Below, one piece after another: positions 39,118-49,406 of a stretch of DNA of 64,000 nucleotides. How positions within the stretch are numbered: the first letter of the stretch is position 1; each line of letters begins with the position of its first letter. Source of the stretch: Cytophagales bacterium (GTDB lineage: Bacteria > Bacteroidota > Bacteroidia > Cytophagales > Cyclobacteriaceae); NCBI GenBank assembly GCA_037443645.1, contig JBBINY010000007.1, forward strand, positions 3,450 through 67,449, given 5' to 3'. Under the pieces are notes generated by a model. The model made no database searches and was not told the DNA's origin. It saw only the letters and a list, made by a program, of their open reading frames with translations. The translations under genes and the position numbers were made by a program.

Positions 39118-40505
39118 ATCGGTCGGTTGGCTGTTGCGGCCAGACATGCTTCTTTCACGGCTTCCATATAAGTAGGATGGGCATGCGACATGCGGGAAAT
39201 GTCCTCGGCTGAAGCGCGGTACTCCATAGCCACCACACCGGCCGCGATCATATCGGCAGCCCGGGCGCCAATGATGTGTACCCCTAAAATTTCGTCTGTT
39301 TGCTTATCGGCTAAAATTTTTACAAAACCGTCTGTATCCATGGAAGCGCGCGCCCGACCCAGGGCTTTGTAAGGAAAATTGCCCACTTTATAAGCCCTGC
39401 CAGTCTGCTTTAATTGTTCCTCGGTCTGCCCCACGCTGGCCACTTCAGGCCAGGTATAAACTACACCCGGTATCAGGTTATAGTTTATGTGCGGCTTTTG
39501 TCCGGCCAGTTGTTCAGCAACCAGTACTCCTTCCTCTTCTGCTTTGTGCGCCAGCATGGCGCCCCGCACCACATCGCCAATGGCATAAATGGTATCAACC
39601 TTTGTTTTCAGGTGGTCATCAACGGGTATCTGTCCTTTCACGGTTTCAATCCCTACTTTCTCCAAGCCCAGCCCTTCGGTATAGGGCCTGCGCCCGATGC
39701 TGACCAGGCAATAGTCTCCTTTCAATTCGATTTGCTTTCCGCTTTTATCCTCGGCCTTCAATACAACTTCCTTCCCTTTATTTTCAAGGGCTGTCACCTT
39801 ATGACCAAGAAAAACTTCCATACCCAGCTTTTTTGCAACCTTCTGCAATTCCTTTCCGAGTGATCCATCCATGGTAGGGATAAGGTTATCCAGAAACTCA
39901 ACCACCGTAACTTTCGAACCGATGCGTGCATACACGGAACCCAGCTCCATGCCAATAACACCTCCCCCGATCACAATCAGGTGTTTGGGAATTTCTTTCA
40001 GCTCAAGGGCTTCTGTGCTGGAGATTATCCTCTTCTTATCAAAAGGAGCAAAGGGAAGCGGAGTGGGCTTTGAGCCGGTGGCAATGATGATTTTTTCGGA
40101 GGTGATTTTTTTTTCCTTACCATCTGCTGCGGTAACTGTAATCGTGTTCTTATCAACAAACGACCCAACCCCGGTATGTACATCAATCTTATTTTTCTTC
40201 ATCAGAAAAGCAATGCCGTCCACATTCGCCTTAACAACACCAGCTTTTCGGCTGATCATCTGGGTAAGGTTAGCCTTGGGTTTCGGTATCTCGATTCCAT
40301 GCTCGGCAAACGTATGCCCGGCATTATGAAAATGCTCGGAGGAATCCAGCAATGCTTTTGATGGAATGCATCCTACATTGAGGCAGGTTCCGCCCAGGGT
40401 GGGATACTTCTCAACAATTGCCGTTTTAAATCCCAGTTGCGCGCAGCGGATTGCCGCAACATAACCTCCCGGACCGGAGCCAATAACAATGACTTGATAA
40501 TCCAT
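39108..40505 (-). CDS. lpdA: dihydrolipoyl dehydrogenase (E3)
   Basis: 465 aa with FAD-binding GSGPGGY, redox-active disulfide GGTCLNVGCIPSK and C-terminal HAHPT. Confidence 0.95.
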   Translation of the reverse strand: MDYQVIVIGSGPGGYVAAIRCAQLGFKTAIVEKYPTLGGTCLNVGCIPSKALLDSSEHFHNAGHTFAEHGIEIPKPKANLTQMISRKAGVVKANVDGIAFLMKKNKIDVHTGVGSFVDKNTITVTAADGKEKKITSEKIIIATGSKPTPLPFAPFDKKRIISSTEALELKEIPKHLIVIGGGVIGMELGSVYARIGSKVTVVEFLDNLIPTMDGSLGKELQKVAKKLGMEVFLGHKVTALENKGKEVVLKAEDKSGKQIELKGDYCLVSIGRRPYTEGLGLEKVGIETVKGQIPVDDHLKTKVDTIYAIGDVVRGAMLAHKAEEEGVLVAEQLAGQKPHINYNLIPGVVYTWPEVASVGQTEEQLKQTGRAYKVGNFPYKALGRARASMDTDGFVKILADKQTDEILGVHIIGARAADMIAAGVVAMEYRASAEDISRMSHAHPTYMEAVKEACLAATANRPIHL

Positions 40506-40535
40506 AACCAGAAAAATTTTTGTTAGCTCATTGGG

Positions 40536-42050
40536 TTACACACCTAATATCAGCCTTCCCGGATCTTCCAGCATCTCTTTCACACGCACCAGGAAGCTCA
40601 CCGACTCGCGCCCATCAATAATCCGGTGATCGTACGACATGGCCACATACATTACGGGTGTCACCACAATTTGTCCGTTCTTTACCACCGGGCGCTCTAC
40701 GATGTTATGCATCCCCAAAATAGCCGACTGAGGCGGATTAATGATGGGCGTGGAGAGCATGGACCCGAATACGCCACCGTTGGTGATCGAAAAGGTTCCA
40801 CCGGTCATTTCTTCAATCGAAAGTTTTCCGTCACGGCCGCGTGCAGCCAGCCGGGCAATTTCTGCTTCGATCTGATCAAACGTGAGCGATTCGGCATTTC
40901 GGATGACCGGCACTACTAAACCGCGGGGTGTGGAAACGGCAATGGAGATATCGCAATAGTCATGATAAACAATTTCATCCCCATCAATCTGTGCATTTAC
41001 TGCCGGCCATTCTTTCAGTGCCTGGCACACGGCCTTGGTAAAGAATGACATAAAACCCAACCCAACTCCATATTTCTCTTTGAACTTATCCTTATACTTC
41101 GCACGCATGTCCATGATCGGCTTCATGTCTACTTCGTTAAACGTGGTAAGCATGGCCGTTTCATTCTTTACAGCAACAAGGCGTCTGGCAATTGTCTTAC
41201 GCAGCGAAGTCATCTTTTCCCTGCGTTGGTTTCGTGTTGCTCCTCCACCGATAACCGGAGGACCGGAAACGGTTTGTTTGCCTGCCTCCTGTTTTGAGCC
41301 GGGCTGCGCTTTCACAGCGTCCTCTTTGGTAATTCTCCCTCCAACACCCGAACCCTGCACTTGCCCTGGCGAAATTCCTTTTTCATCCAGTATTTTTCCG
41401 GCAGCCGGTGAAGGGTGACCTGCTGCATACGATTTATCGCCCGCAGGTTGGGCCGGAGGCATTGGCGTTACAGCAGGAGATGAGACAGAAGTGCCTTCCA
41501 TTACCTCAATTCTGCATATCAGCCCGCCAATTGGCAGGGTCTCCTTTTCTTTTGCCACAATGCGCAAAATGCCATTTGCTTCGGCCGGAAGTTCAAACGT
41601 GGCTTTATCCGATTCTACCTCAGCAATCACTTCATCGAGGCTAACAAAATCACCATCCTTCTTTAACCAGGTTGAAATGGTGACCTCCGTAATTGACTCA
41701 CCCACGGCCGGTACTTTCATTTCTTTTACTGCACCGGTTGCTTTGGGGGCGCTCGCTTTTGTTTCAGGGGAAGCCGCTTTGCTTTCTTCTTTTGACTTGG
41801 ATGCCCCACCTCCTGCTGATTCTTCGATCTCACAGATCAACTCACCGATGGGTACGGTATCGCCCTGTTGTTTTTTGATGCGCAATACACCGGTAGCCGG
41901 AGCGGTCAATTCAAAGGTTGCCTTGTCTGATTCGAGCTCGGCAATTACCTCATCCATTTGCACGGTGTCACCATCTTTCTTAGTCCAGTTGGCAACGGTT
42001 ACTTCGGTGATGGACTCTCCTACGGTGGGCACTTTTACCTGAATAGCCAT
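40536..42050 (-). CDS. sucB: 2-oxoglutarate dehydrogenase E2, dihydrolipoyllysine-residue succinyltransferase (two lipoyl domains)
   Basis: 504 aa. Two lipoyl domains, each with ESDKAT; Ala/Pro-rich linkers; catalytic [11 protein letters not shown]. Located between sucA and lpd. Confidence 0.9.
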   Translation of the reverse strand: MAIQVKVPTVGESITEVTVANWTKKDGDTVQMDEVIAELESDKATFELTAPATGVLRIKKQQGDTVPIGELICEIEESAGGGASKSKEESKAASPETKASAPKATGAVKEMKVPAVGESITEVTISTWLKKDGDFVSLDEVIAEVESDKATFELPAEANGILRIVAKEKETLPIGGLICRIEVMEGTSVSSPAVTPMPPAQPAGDKSYAAGHPSPAAGKILDEKGISPGQVQGSGVGGRITKEDAVKAQPGSKQEAGKQTVSGPPVIGGGATRNQRREKMTSLRKTIARRLVAVKNETAMLTTFNEVDMKPIMDMRAKYKDKFKEKYGVGLGFMSFFTKAVCQALKEWPAVNAQIDGDEIVYHDYCDISIAVSTPRGLVVPVIRNAESLTFDQIEAEIARLAARGRDGKLSIEEMTGGTFSITNGGVFGSMLSTPIINPPQSAILGMHNIVERPVVKNGQIVVTPVMYVAMSYDHRIIDGRESVSFLVRVKEMLEDPGRLILGV

Positions 42051-42085
42051 AGCGGAATAGGGGTTTATACTTATTGGATTAACAA

Positions 42086-44809
42086 TTAAATTTCAAAAGC
42101 CAGGTTTATGATCTTTTCTTGCTCAGCCTTATGCACTTTTGAGTATCCGGTAGCAGGCGATGCGCTTGACTTCCGGGCCACCACTTTCCACTTTTCATCC
42201 GGCATAAACCGATGGATGTATGCCCAGTAGCCCATGTTATAGGGTTCTTCCTGCGCCCAGATCATCTCTACGTTCTTATATTTTTTGAGTACATTCTGCA
42301 ATTGCGCTTTCGGAAATGGATACAACTGTTCCAGCCGGACAATAGCCGTGTCCTTCGCCTTCTTTTTCTGTTGCGCCTCCTGCAGTTCGAAGAACAGCTT
42401 ACCGGTACATAGTACCACGCGTTTCACATCCTTTGCCACCGCATTCGGATCGTCAATTACCTCGGTAAACCGGCCTGACGTAAAATCCTTTAGTGGAGAA
42501 ACAACTCCCGGATGGCGCAACAGGGATTTGGGTGAGAACACGATACAGGGTTTCCGGAACTCCCATTTCATCTGTCTTCTCAGCAGGTGGAAATAATTGG
42601 CGGCCGTAGTCATATTCGCCACGATCATATTCAATTCAGAGGCCTGTTGCAGGAAACGCTCAGGCCGGGCACTGCTATGCTCAGGGCCCTGGCCCTCATA
42701 GCCATGCGGCAGCAACAACACCAATCCATTTTGCCGCTGCCATTTTGATTCGGCACTGGTAATAAACTGGTCAATGATTACCTGCGCCCCGTTAACGAAG
42801 TCACCGAACTGAGCCTCCCAAATAACCAAAGCGTGGGGTGTTGCCAGGGCATACCCATACTCAAATCCCATCACGCCAAACTCCGACAACAGGGAATTAT
42901 ACATATGAAGTTTTGCCTGGTCGGCACAGATGTGATTCAACCCGCTGTAGGACTCGTTTGTGTTCACATCCCAGAAGTAGGCGTGGCGGTGCGAAAAGGT
43001 GCCGCGCTTCACATCCTGGCCGGACATGCGCACAATGTATTTTTCGCTGAGCAAAGAGCCGAACGCCAGCAACTCAGCTTCGGCCCAGCCAAGCGCTTTC
43101 GATTCAAAGAATGCATCCTTCCGGTCTTTCAGTAGTTTTTCAATTTGTTTGATGGGCTTAAATCCTTCAGGTATGGAAGTTAGGGCCTTGCCCACTTTGT
43201 CGATTACTGATTGTGATACGGCAGTATCCGGTGATTTATCGAAATCCTCTGCAGTAGCTTTTCGCAATGTCTGCCACTCCTCCTCACGCTCCTGGAACTT
43301 ATAAGGCAATGATTTTTGCTTTACCTCATTTAACCGATCCTGCAATTGATTACGGAAATTCTTATCCATCTCATCGGCCAGTGCTGCATCCACACCACTG
43401 GATGCCAGTTTTTTTACGTACACTTCACGTGGATTCGGGTGCTTGGCAATTAAACTGTAGAGTCTGGGTTGTGTGAATTTTGGCTCATCGCTTTCGTTGT
43501 GTCCATGCCTTCGATAACAAAGCATGTCGATGAAAATATCCTTACCGAACTTTTGCCGGTATTCAACAGCCAGATTGGATGCAAACGTCACAGCCTCCGC
43601 ATCATCGCCATTTACATGCAACACCGGGGCATCGATAATTTTTGCTACATCTGTGCAATAGATTGCGGTGCGTGCATCATCATAGTCGGTAGTAAAACCC
43701 ACCTGGTTGTTAATGACGAAGTGAATAGTGCCGCCTGTTGTATACCCCGGCAACCCCGACATTTGAACAACCTCATATACAAGACCCTGACCGGCTACGG
43801 CCGCATCGCCATGAATAAGAATGGCCATGGCTTTCGTCAGGTCATTATGGTATTCATCATCAATTTGGCCGCGCGTATATCCTACCACCAGCGGATCAAC
43901 CGCCTCGAGGTGTGACGGATTGGGTGTTAGCTTGACGTAAATTTTCTTTCCGGAAGGTGTGTCGATCCGACTGGCATAACCGAGGTGATATTTTACATCC
44001 CCATCGCCCATCGTGGCATCGGGGTTTACCTGCCCTTCAAACTCAGTGAAGATCTGCTCGTAAGTTTTGCCCAAAATGTTGGCCAATACATTGAGGCGCC
44101 CCCGGTGAGCCATGCCTATCACTACTTCCTTCACATCCAATTCTGCAGCTTTGTTGATAATCGCTTGCATACCAGGAATTGTATTTTCTCCCCCTTCAAG
44201 CGAGAACCGCTTCTGGCCTAAAAACTTTGTATGAAGGAAGTTTTCAAAAACTACCGCCTCATTCAATTTTGCTAAAATTCTTTTCTTTTCCTCCAGGTCA
44301 GGGTTGTGATGGTAATACTCGTTCTCACACTTATTGAAAAACCATTGACGGATGTCGTCATTTCGGATGTAGTTATATTCGAACCCAATCGGACCCAGGT
44401 AAACCGCTTTTAGTTTCTCAACGATGTTGCGCAGCGTAGAGCGCTTCATCCCGATTTCAGACGCCACATCAAATTCAGCATCAAGGTCGGCATCGGAAAG
44501 CCCAAAGAACTTCAAATCAAAATGCACGTTATGATTCCTTCGTTCACGCACCGGATTGGTTTTGGATGCCAGGTGAGCAAATGAACGGTAGGCGAAAATC
44601 AGGTTTCGAACTTGTGTCTCCTTTATCGATTGAGAATCGGCTCCCGCAACAGTGCCACCATTTTCTCCGTATCGTTGAACAGAAAATTCATAGCCCTCAA
44701 AAAACTTTTGCCAGGTGGCATCAACGGATGCCGGGTCTTTCTTGTAGTTTTGATAGAGTTGGTCGAGGTAGCCAACATCAGCATTGGAGATGTAGGAGTA
44801 CTTGTCCAT
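42086..44809 (-). CDS. sucA: 2-oxoglutarate dehydrogenase E1 component
   Basis: ATG at 44809 chosen ([11 protein letters not shown]...). 907 aa, E1o-type ThDP enzyme ([22 protein letters not shown]). Confidence 0.95.
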   Translation of the reverse strand: MDKYSYISNADVGYLDQLYQNYKKDPASVDATWQKFFEGYEFSVQRYGENGGTVAGADSQSIKETQVRNLIFAYRSFAHLASKTNPVRERRNHNVHFDLKFFGLSDADLDAEFDVASEIGMKRSTLRNIVEKLKAVYLGPIGFEYNYIRNDDIRQWFFNKCENEYYHHNPDLEEKKRILAKLNEAVVFENFLHTKFLGQKRFSLEGGENTIPGMQAIINKAAELDVKEVVIGMAHRGRLNVLANILGKTYEQIFTEFEGQVNPDATMGDGDVKYHLGYASRIDTPSGKKIYVKLTPNPSHLEAVDPLVVGYTRGQIDDEYHNDLTKAMAILIHGDAAVAGQGLVYEVVQMSGLPGYTTGGTIHFVINNQVGFTTDYDDARTAIYCTDVAKIIDAPVLHVNGDDAEAVTFASNLAVEYRQKFGKDIFIDMLCYRRHGHNESDEPKFTQPRLYSLIAKHPNPREVYVKKLASSGVDAALADEMDKNFRNQLQDRLNEVKQKSLPYKFQEREEEWQTLRKATAEDFDKSPDTAVSQSVIDKVGKALTSIPEGFKPIKQIEKLLKDRKDAFFESKALGWAEAELLAFGSLLSEKYIVRMSGQDVKRGTFSHRHAYFWDVNTNESYSGLNHICADQAKLHMYNSLLSEFGVMGFEYGYALATPHALVIWEAQFGDFVNGAQVIIDQFITSAESKWQRQNGLVLLLPHGYEGQGPEHSSARPERFLQQASELNMIVANMTTAANYFHLLRRQMKWEFRKPCIVFSPKSLLRHPGVVSPLKDFTSGRFTEVIDDPNAVAKDVKRVVLCTGKLFFELQEAQQKKKAKDTAIVRLEQLYPFPKAQLQNVLKKYKNVEMIWAQEEPYNMGYWAYIHRFMPDEKWKVVARKSSASPATGYSKVHKAEQEKIINLAFEI

Positions 44810-44830
44810 GGGTCTGTTTGGATAGGGTAC

Positions 44831-44838
44831 CAAATGTA
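44831..44838 (-). promoter_or_regulatory. -7 promoter box (TACATTTG on minus strand) for sucA-sucB-lpd
   Basis: Exact TAnnTTTG match 21 nt upstream of the sucA ATG. Confidence 0.45.
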
Positions 44839-44921
44839 TTGAACCAACTTAGTATATAAAAATTGAATACTCGCGTAAGCAAATATTTAGTACAGGCTTG
44901 GTTCCTTCTCTTAACCAGTAA

Positions 44922-44951
44922 TTGTCAAAAATCAAAAAAGGCCTATATTTG
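44922..44951 (+). promoter_or_regulatory. promoter (TTG-N19-TATATTTG) for rpsP-rimM-trmD
   Basis: Exact -7 box TATATTTG at 44944-44951 with a TTG 19 nt upstream; 41 nt before the rpsP ATG. Confidence 0.55.
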
Positions 44952-44992
44952 CAACCTTTAAAATCAGGACGAGATCCTAAAATCAATTAAAA

Positions 44993-45529
44993 ATGGCAGT
45001 TAAGATCAGATTGGCCCGCAGAGGCCGCAAAAAACTGGCCCGCTACGATGTAGTCATTGCAGACGCCAGGGCACCACGCGATGGTCGCTTTATTGAAAAA
45101 ATCGGTACGTACAACCCGTTAACCGTACCGGCAAGCATTGAACTGGATGATGAAAAGGCATTTAAATGGCTGATGAATGGTGCACAACCCTCTGAAACCG
45201 TAAAAGCAATGCTATCCTACCGGGGAGTTATGTTACGGAAGCATCTTCAAATCGGGGTTATCAAGGGTGCTTTTTCACAGGAAGAAGCCGATCGCAAATT
45301 GGCCGATTGGAAGAAGGAAAAGGATGCAAAAATTCAGGCTAAACGTGACCGGGTAATAGATACCAGGAAAGCTCAGGCTCAGGAACGTAAAGAGGCTGAA
45401 TCAAAGATCAGGGAAGCACGAGCTGAGGCTATTCGCAAAAAGGCAGAAGCCGCTGCGGCCGCAACTGAGGCAGCCCCAACCGAAAGTGAAGGCACCGCTT
45501 CTGAAGCTCCGGCTGAAGCGCAAGGATAA
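44993..45529 (+). CDS. rpsP: 30S ribosomal protein S16 (with long K/E/A-rich C-terminal tail)
   Basis: 178 aa. The N-terminal 80 aa or so are canonical S16 ([14 protein letters not shown]...), followed by a low-complexity charged tail. Confidence 0.92.
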   Translation: MAVKIRLARRGRKKLARYDVVIADARAPRDGRFIEKIGTYNPLTVPASIELDDEKAFKWLMNGAQPSETVKAMLSYRGVMLRKHLQIGVIKGAFSQEEADRKLADWKKEKDAKIQAKRDRVIDTRKAQAQERKEAESKIREARAEAIRKKAEAAAAATEAAPTESEGTASEAPAEAQG

Positions 45530-45550
45530 CCTCTGCTCATCAACAGAACC

Positions 45551-45579
45551 AAAATGCCAGCCCAGATTGCTGGCATTTT
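45551..45579 (+). terminator. strong intra-operon hairpin (possible attenuator) between rpsP and rimM
   Basis: AAAATGCCAGC-ccagatt-GCTGGCATTTT, an 11-bp perfect stem. The U-tract is part of the stem and only TTC follows, so it is probably a partial terminator or processing site. Confidence 0.4.
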
Positions 45580-45594
45580 CATTATCCGCCATCT

Positions 45595-46110
45595 ATGAGT
45601 GCGAAGGATTACTACAAAATTGGTTTCATCATGAAGCCCCACGGACTGAAGGGTGAAGTAACGGTATCCATTGATCCGGATTCTGCAGTCAACTGGAATA
45701 ACCTCCGCTCGCTTTATGTTTTGATAAATAACCATCCAGTTCCCTACTTTATCAATCATGTATCGCTAAAGGGTGGTAAAGCATACATCAAATTTGAAGA
45801 TGTGGGTAATGCCGATGAGGCCCGCAACCTTCAAAAAATGTCTCTCTACCTGCCGAAGTCTGAACGCCCCAAACTTCAACGCGGCCAATTCTATGACGAT
45901 GAAGTGGTGGGTTTTGAAGTGGAGGATGAACTTACGGGACTAATCGGTATTATACAGCGTATGGAGAAAACGGGGCAAAACCGTTTTATCGTAGTAAAAT
46001 GCCATCAGAAAGAAGTACTGATTCCAGTCAATGGGCCCTTCATAGCCGGAATTAACAAATCGAAAAAGAAAGTCTCGGTTAACCTTCCAGAGGGATTTTT
46101 GGATATTTGA
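45595..46110 (+). CDS. rimM: ribosome maturation factor RimM
   Basis: 171 aa. N-terminal KIGFIMKPHGLKGEV motif, PRC-barrel C-terminus; conserved rpsP-rimM-trmD context. Confidence 0.85.
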   Translation: MSAKDYYKIGFIMKPHGLKGEVTVSIDPDSAVNWNNLRSLYVLINNHPVPYFINHVSLKGGKAYIKFEDVGNADEARNLQKMSLYLPKSERPKLQRGQFYDDEVVGFEVEDELTGLIGIIQRMEKTGQNRFIVVKCHQKEVLIPVNGPFIAGINKSKKKVSVNLPEGFLDI

Positions 46111-46113
46111 TCT

Positions 46114-46797
46114 ATGCACGTTTCCATCATCACCTGCCTGCCCCGCCTGCTGGAAAGTCCGTTCAATGACTCCATCTTGAAACGGGCACAAAAAAAAGGA
46201 TTGGCTACCATAGAACTTATCGACTTACGTGAATACGCTACCGACAAACACAAGTCGGTTGACGACTACGCATTTGGCGGCAGTGCCGGAATGGTGCTGA
46301 TGATTGAGCCAATCCACCGGTGCATTACCGAGTTGAAATCAAAACGTCAATACGATGAGGTCATCTACATGAGTCCGGATGGCGAATTGCTGACTCAATC
46401 CATAGCCAATGAACTGAGTTTAAAGGCAAACCTGATTATTCTTTGCGGCCATTACAAAGGCGTGGACGAACGTGTGCGCCAATACCTCATCACCCGCGAA
46501 ATCAGCATTGGCGATTATGTACTCTCTGGTGGTGAACTGGCTGCGGCCGTACTTACCGATGCCGTAGTCCGGCTGTTACCTGGAGTTTTGAATGATGAAA
46601 CCTCGGCACTCAGCGACTCCTTTCAGGATGGGCTTGTGGCCCCCCCTGTTTACACCCGGCCAGCCGAATACCAAGGTTGGAAAGTGCCGGAAATCCTGCT
46701 TTCTGGCGATCATTCTAAAATCGAAGAGTGGAAACACGAACAGGCCCTGATCCGAACCCGCAAAAGGAGGCCCGGCATGAGCCCTGGTGAAGGCTAA
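46114..46797 (+). CDS. trmD: tRNA (guanosine37-N1)-methyltransferase
   Basis: 227 aa, SPOUT fold ([25 protein letters not shown]). Confidence 0.95.
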   Translation: MHVSIITCLPRLLESPFNDSILKRAQKKGLATIELIDLREYATDKHKSVDDYAFGGSAGMVLMIEPIHRCITELKSKRQYDEVIYMSPDGELLTQSIANELSLKANLIILCGHYKGVDERVRQYLITREISIGDYVLSGGELAAAVLTDAVVRLLPGVLNDETSALSDSFQDGLVAPPVYTRPAEYQGWKVPEILLSGDHSKIEEWKHEQALIRTRKRRPGMSPGEG

Positions 46798-46826
46798 ATT
46801 GATTTGAGGGCTTTTTTAAGCCTTAC

Positions 46827-46856
46827 TTGCCAACTGACCCCTATTTCCTATATTTG
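46827..46856 (+). promoter_or_regulatory. promoter (TTG-N19-TATATTTG) for rplS
   Basis: Exact -7 box TATATTTG at 46849-46856 with a TTG at 46827-46829; 27 nt before the rplS ATG. Confidence 0.55.
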
Positions 46857-46883
46857 CAGTCCATTTTAGAAAAACACGCTTTT

Positions 46884-47237
46884 ATGGCCGATTTAATCAA
46901 AGTTGTGGAACAGGAATTTGCCTCAGTGCGGGAGAAAATGCCCAAATTCAAGGCAGGCGATACCATTAATGTTCATGTGAAAATCAAGGAAGGAAACAAA
47001 GAACGCGTTCAGCAGTTTCAGGGGGTAGTGATTCAACGAAGGGGCTACGGCACAAATGGTGAGACATTTACAGTTCGGAAGGTTTCAAACGGGGTGGGCG
47101 TTGAGCGCATTTTCCCACTAACCTCACCCAGTATTGATAAGATTGAAGTGGTGAAAGAAGGCAGCGTACGCAGGGCTAAGCTCTACTACATGAAAGGCCG
47201 GCAGGGCAAATCGGCCAGGATTAAGGAAAAGGTTTAA
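46884..47237 (+). CDS. rplS: 50S ribosomal protein L19
   Basis: ATG at 46884 chosen ([11 protein letters not shown]...). 117 aa, canonical L19 ([25 protein letters not shown]). Confidence 0.95.
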   Translation: MADLIKVVEQEFASVREKMPKFKAGDTINVHVKIKEGNKERVQQFQGVVIQRRGYGTNGETFTVRKVSNGVGVERIFPLTSPSIDKIEVVKEGSVRRAKLYYMKGRQGKSARIKEKV

Positions 47238-47259
47238 CCGAAGCCTGAATTTTATGCAG

Positions 47260-47288
47260 AGCCACTTCAAAAAAGTGGCTTTTTCATT
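47260..47288 (+). terminator. rho-independent terminator after rplS
   Basis: AGCCACTT-caaaa-AAGTGGCT followed by TTTTCATT. Confidence 0.7.
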
Positions 47289-47348
47289 GGTTATGGGGCT
47301 TTAACTGAGGGTTAGCTTCCTATAAAATTATTGATAACTTTGTTGCCC

Positions 47349-47356
47349 TACATTTG
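47349..47356 (+). promoter_or_regulatory. -7 promoter box (TACATTTG) for fbaB
   Basis: Exact TAnnTTTG match with 6 nt between the box and the ATG at 47363. Confidence 0.45.
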
Positions 47357-47362
47357 AAATCT

Positions 47363-48436
47363 ATGGCAAAAACCAACATTTCGAAGATTCTGGGAAAAGA
47401 TGCCAAGTACCTTCTTGGTCACAAAAGCAAAACCATTTCAACCAATCAGATCCACGCACCCGGACCCGATTTCGTAGAGCGGGTCTTTGTGCAATCAAAC
47501 CGGAATCCGCAAACCCTGCGCAGCCTGCAATCGGTGTTTGCCACGGGCCGGCTGGGAGGAACTGGGTATGTCTCCATCCTTCCCATCGACCAGGGTATTG
47601 AACATAGTGCCGGTGCATCGTTTGCAAAGAACCCCATCTACTTCGATCCTGAAAATATCGTTAAGCTGGCCATCGAGGGTGGCTGCAATGCCGTAGCCAC
47701 TACGTATGGGGTACTCGCGCTGATGTCTAGAAAATATGCACACCGCATTCCGTTCATTGTTAAGATCAACCACAACGAACTGCTTACCTACCCCAACAAG
47801 TTTGATCAGATTATGTTTGGCTCGGTAGAAGAGGCATGGAACCTGGGTGCTGTAGCCGTTGGTGCCACCATCTATTTCGGATCTGATAACTCAACCCGCC
47901 AGATTCAGGAAGTAGCGGCCGCTTTTGAGCGGGCCCATGAACTGGGCATGGCCACCATTCTTTGGTGCTACATTCGTAACAACGCGTTTAAGAAAGACGG
48001 AAAAGATTATCATGTATCGGCTGACCTGACCGGACAAGCAAACCACCTTGGTGTAACCATCCAGGCCGATATCATCAAGCAAAAACTTGCCGAAAATAAC
48101 GGGGGCTACAAAGCACTGAATACCGGTGGCAGCAGCTATGGAAAACTGGATGAACGAATCTACTCACAACTGACCTCCGACCATCCGATTGATCTGTGCC
48201 GGTACCAGGTGGCAAACTGTTACATGGGCCGCGCAGGATTAATCAACTCAGGGGGTGAATCGAAAGGAACCAGCGATTTGGCCGATGCAGTGCGCACTGC
48301 AGTTATCAACAAGCGGGCAGGCGGCATGGGACTAATTTCGGGAAGAAAGGCATTTCAACGTCCGATGAAGGAGGGTGTCGAAATACTTAATGCCATCCAG
48401 GATGTTTATTTAGACAAAAGTATTGATCTGGCCTGA
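47363..48436 (+). CDS. fbaB: class I fructose-bisphosphate aldolase (FbaB/DhnA type)
   Basis: ATG at 47363 chosen; 357 aa. Near-colinear similarity to E. coli FbaB as I recall it ([48 protein letters not shown]). Confidence 0.88.
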   Translation: MAKTNISKILGKDAKYLLGHKSKTISTNQIHAPGPDFVERVFVQSNRNPQTLRSLQSVFATGRLGGTGYVSILPIDQGIEHSAGASFAKNPIYFDPENIVKLAIEGGCNAVATTYGVLALMSRKYAHRIPFIVKINHNELLTYPNKFDQIMFGSVEEAWNLGAVAVGATIYFGSDNSTRQIQEVAAAFERAHELGMATILWCYIRNNAFKKDGKDYHVSADLTGQANHLGVTIQADIIKQKLAENNGGYKALNTGGSSYGKLDERIYSQLTSDHPIDLCRYQVANCYMGRAGLINSGGESKGTSDLADAVRTAVINKRAGGMGLISGRKAFQRPMKEGVEILNAIQDVYLDKSIDLA

Positions 48437-48492
48437 CCCGATTATGAACGGAGTTTACTCTCTTCTGCATCTTCGTACTTTAACATGTCGCT

Positions 48493-49335
48493 ATGTCGTG
48501 GTTTAACCGTACTGATAAAGGCATTCTTACTCCTACCGAGGCAAAACGTGAAGTGCCGGACGGACTTTGGTTTAAATCGCCAGGCGGAAAAATCATCCAT
48601 ACCCGCGAATTGAAGAACAACGCCTATGTTGTTCCGGAAGAAGATTACCATGTACGCATCGGATCGAAGGAATACTTTGAAATCCTCTTCGATAATAATG
48701 AGTTCACTGAATTGGATGCTAACATGGAATCAGCCGACCCGCTGAAATTCAAAGACACAAAACCTTACCCCAAACGCATTAAAGAAACCCAGGAAAAAAC
48801 AGATTTGAAGGATGCTGTTCGCACTGCGCATGGCAAAATAAATGGGCTCGACCTTGTTATTGGCTGTATGGATTTCAGTTTCATAGGCGGATCGATGGGA
48901 TCAGTGGTGGGCGAAAAGATTGCACGGGCCATGGATTATTCCCTTCAGCATAAGATACCCTACCTGATGATTTCCCGATCAGGAGGTGCACGCATGATGG
49001 AGGCCGGTTTATCGCTCATGCAAATGGCCAAAACATCGGCTAAAATTGCCCAATTAAACGAGGCAAAGATCCCCTACATTTCGCTGATGACCGATCCCAC
49101 CACCGGTGGTGTTACAGCCTCGTATGCAATGTTGGGTGACTTTAATATTGCAGAGCCCGGTGCGTTGATCGGCTTTGCCGGACCTCGTGTGATCCGCGAA
49201 ACGATCGGCAAAGACCTGCCAAAAGGTTTTCAGAGTGCCGAATTCGTTCTCGATCATGGCTTTCTTGACTTTATCGTTGACAGGAGAAACCTCAAGAACC
49301 GGCTAACCACCCTGTTGCAGATGCTTGCCAATTGA
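48493..49335 (+). CDS. accD: acetyl-CoA carboxylase carboxyltransferase subunit beta (no Cys4 zinc ribbon)
   Basis: 280 aa, colinear with E. coli AccD ([42 protein letters not shown]). All four zinc-ribbon cysteines are replaced. Confidence 0.9.
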   Translation: MSWFNRTDKGILTPTEAKREVPDGLWFKSPGGKIIHTRELKNNAYVVPEEDYHVRIGSKEYFEILFDNNEFTELDANMESADPLKFKDTKPYPKRIKETQEKTDLKDAVRTAHGKINGLDLVIGCMDFSFIGGSMGSVVGEKIARAMDYSLQHKIPYLMISRSGGARMMEAGLSLMQMAKTSAKIAQLNEAKIPYISLMTDPTTGGVTASYAMLGDFNIAEPGALIGFAGPRVIRETIGKDLPKGFQSAEFVLDHGFLDFIVDRRNLKNRLTTLLQMLAN

Positions 49336-49406
49336 TCTGTTCTCCTACCGTCCGAAACCGACCGATTATTTCCCTTTTCGAACACACAGCCCCGTGCACT
49401 AGGTAG

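Noticed and set aside
45230-45529. Long K/E/A-rich C-terminal tail on ribosomal protein S16, considered as a fusion or frameshift artefact.
   Set aside because: The reading frame is continuous with canonical S16. Extended charged tails on S16 are, as far as I recall, common in Bacteroidota, so this is not evidence of a novel domain.
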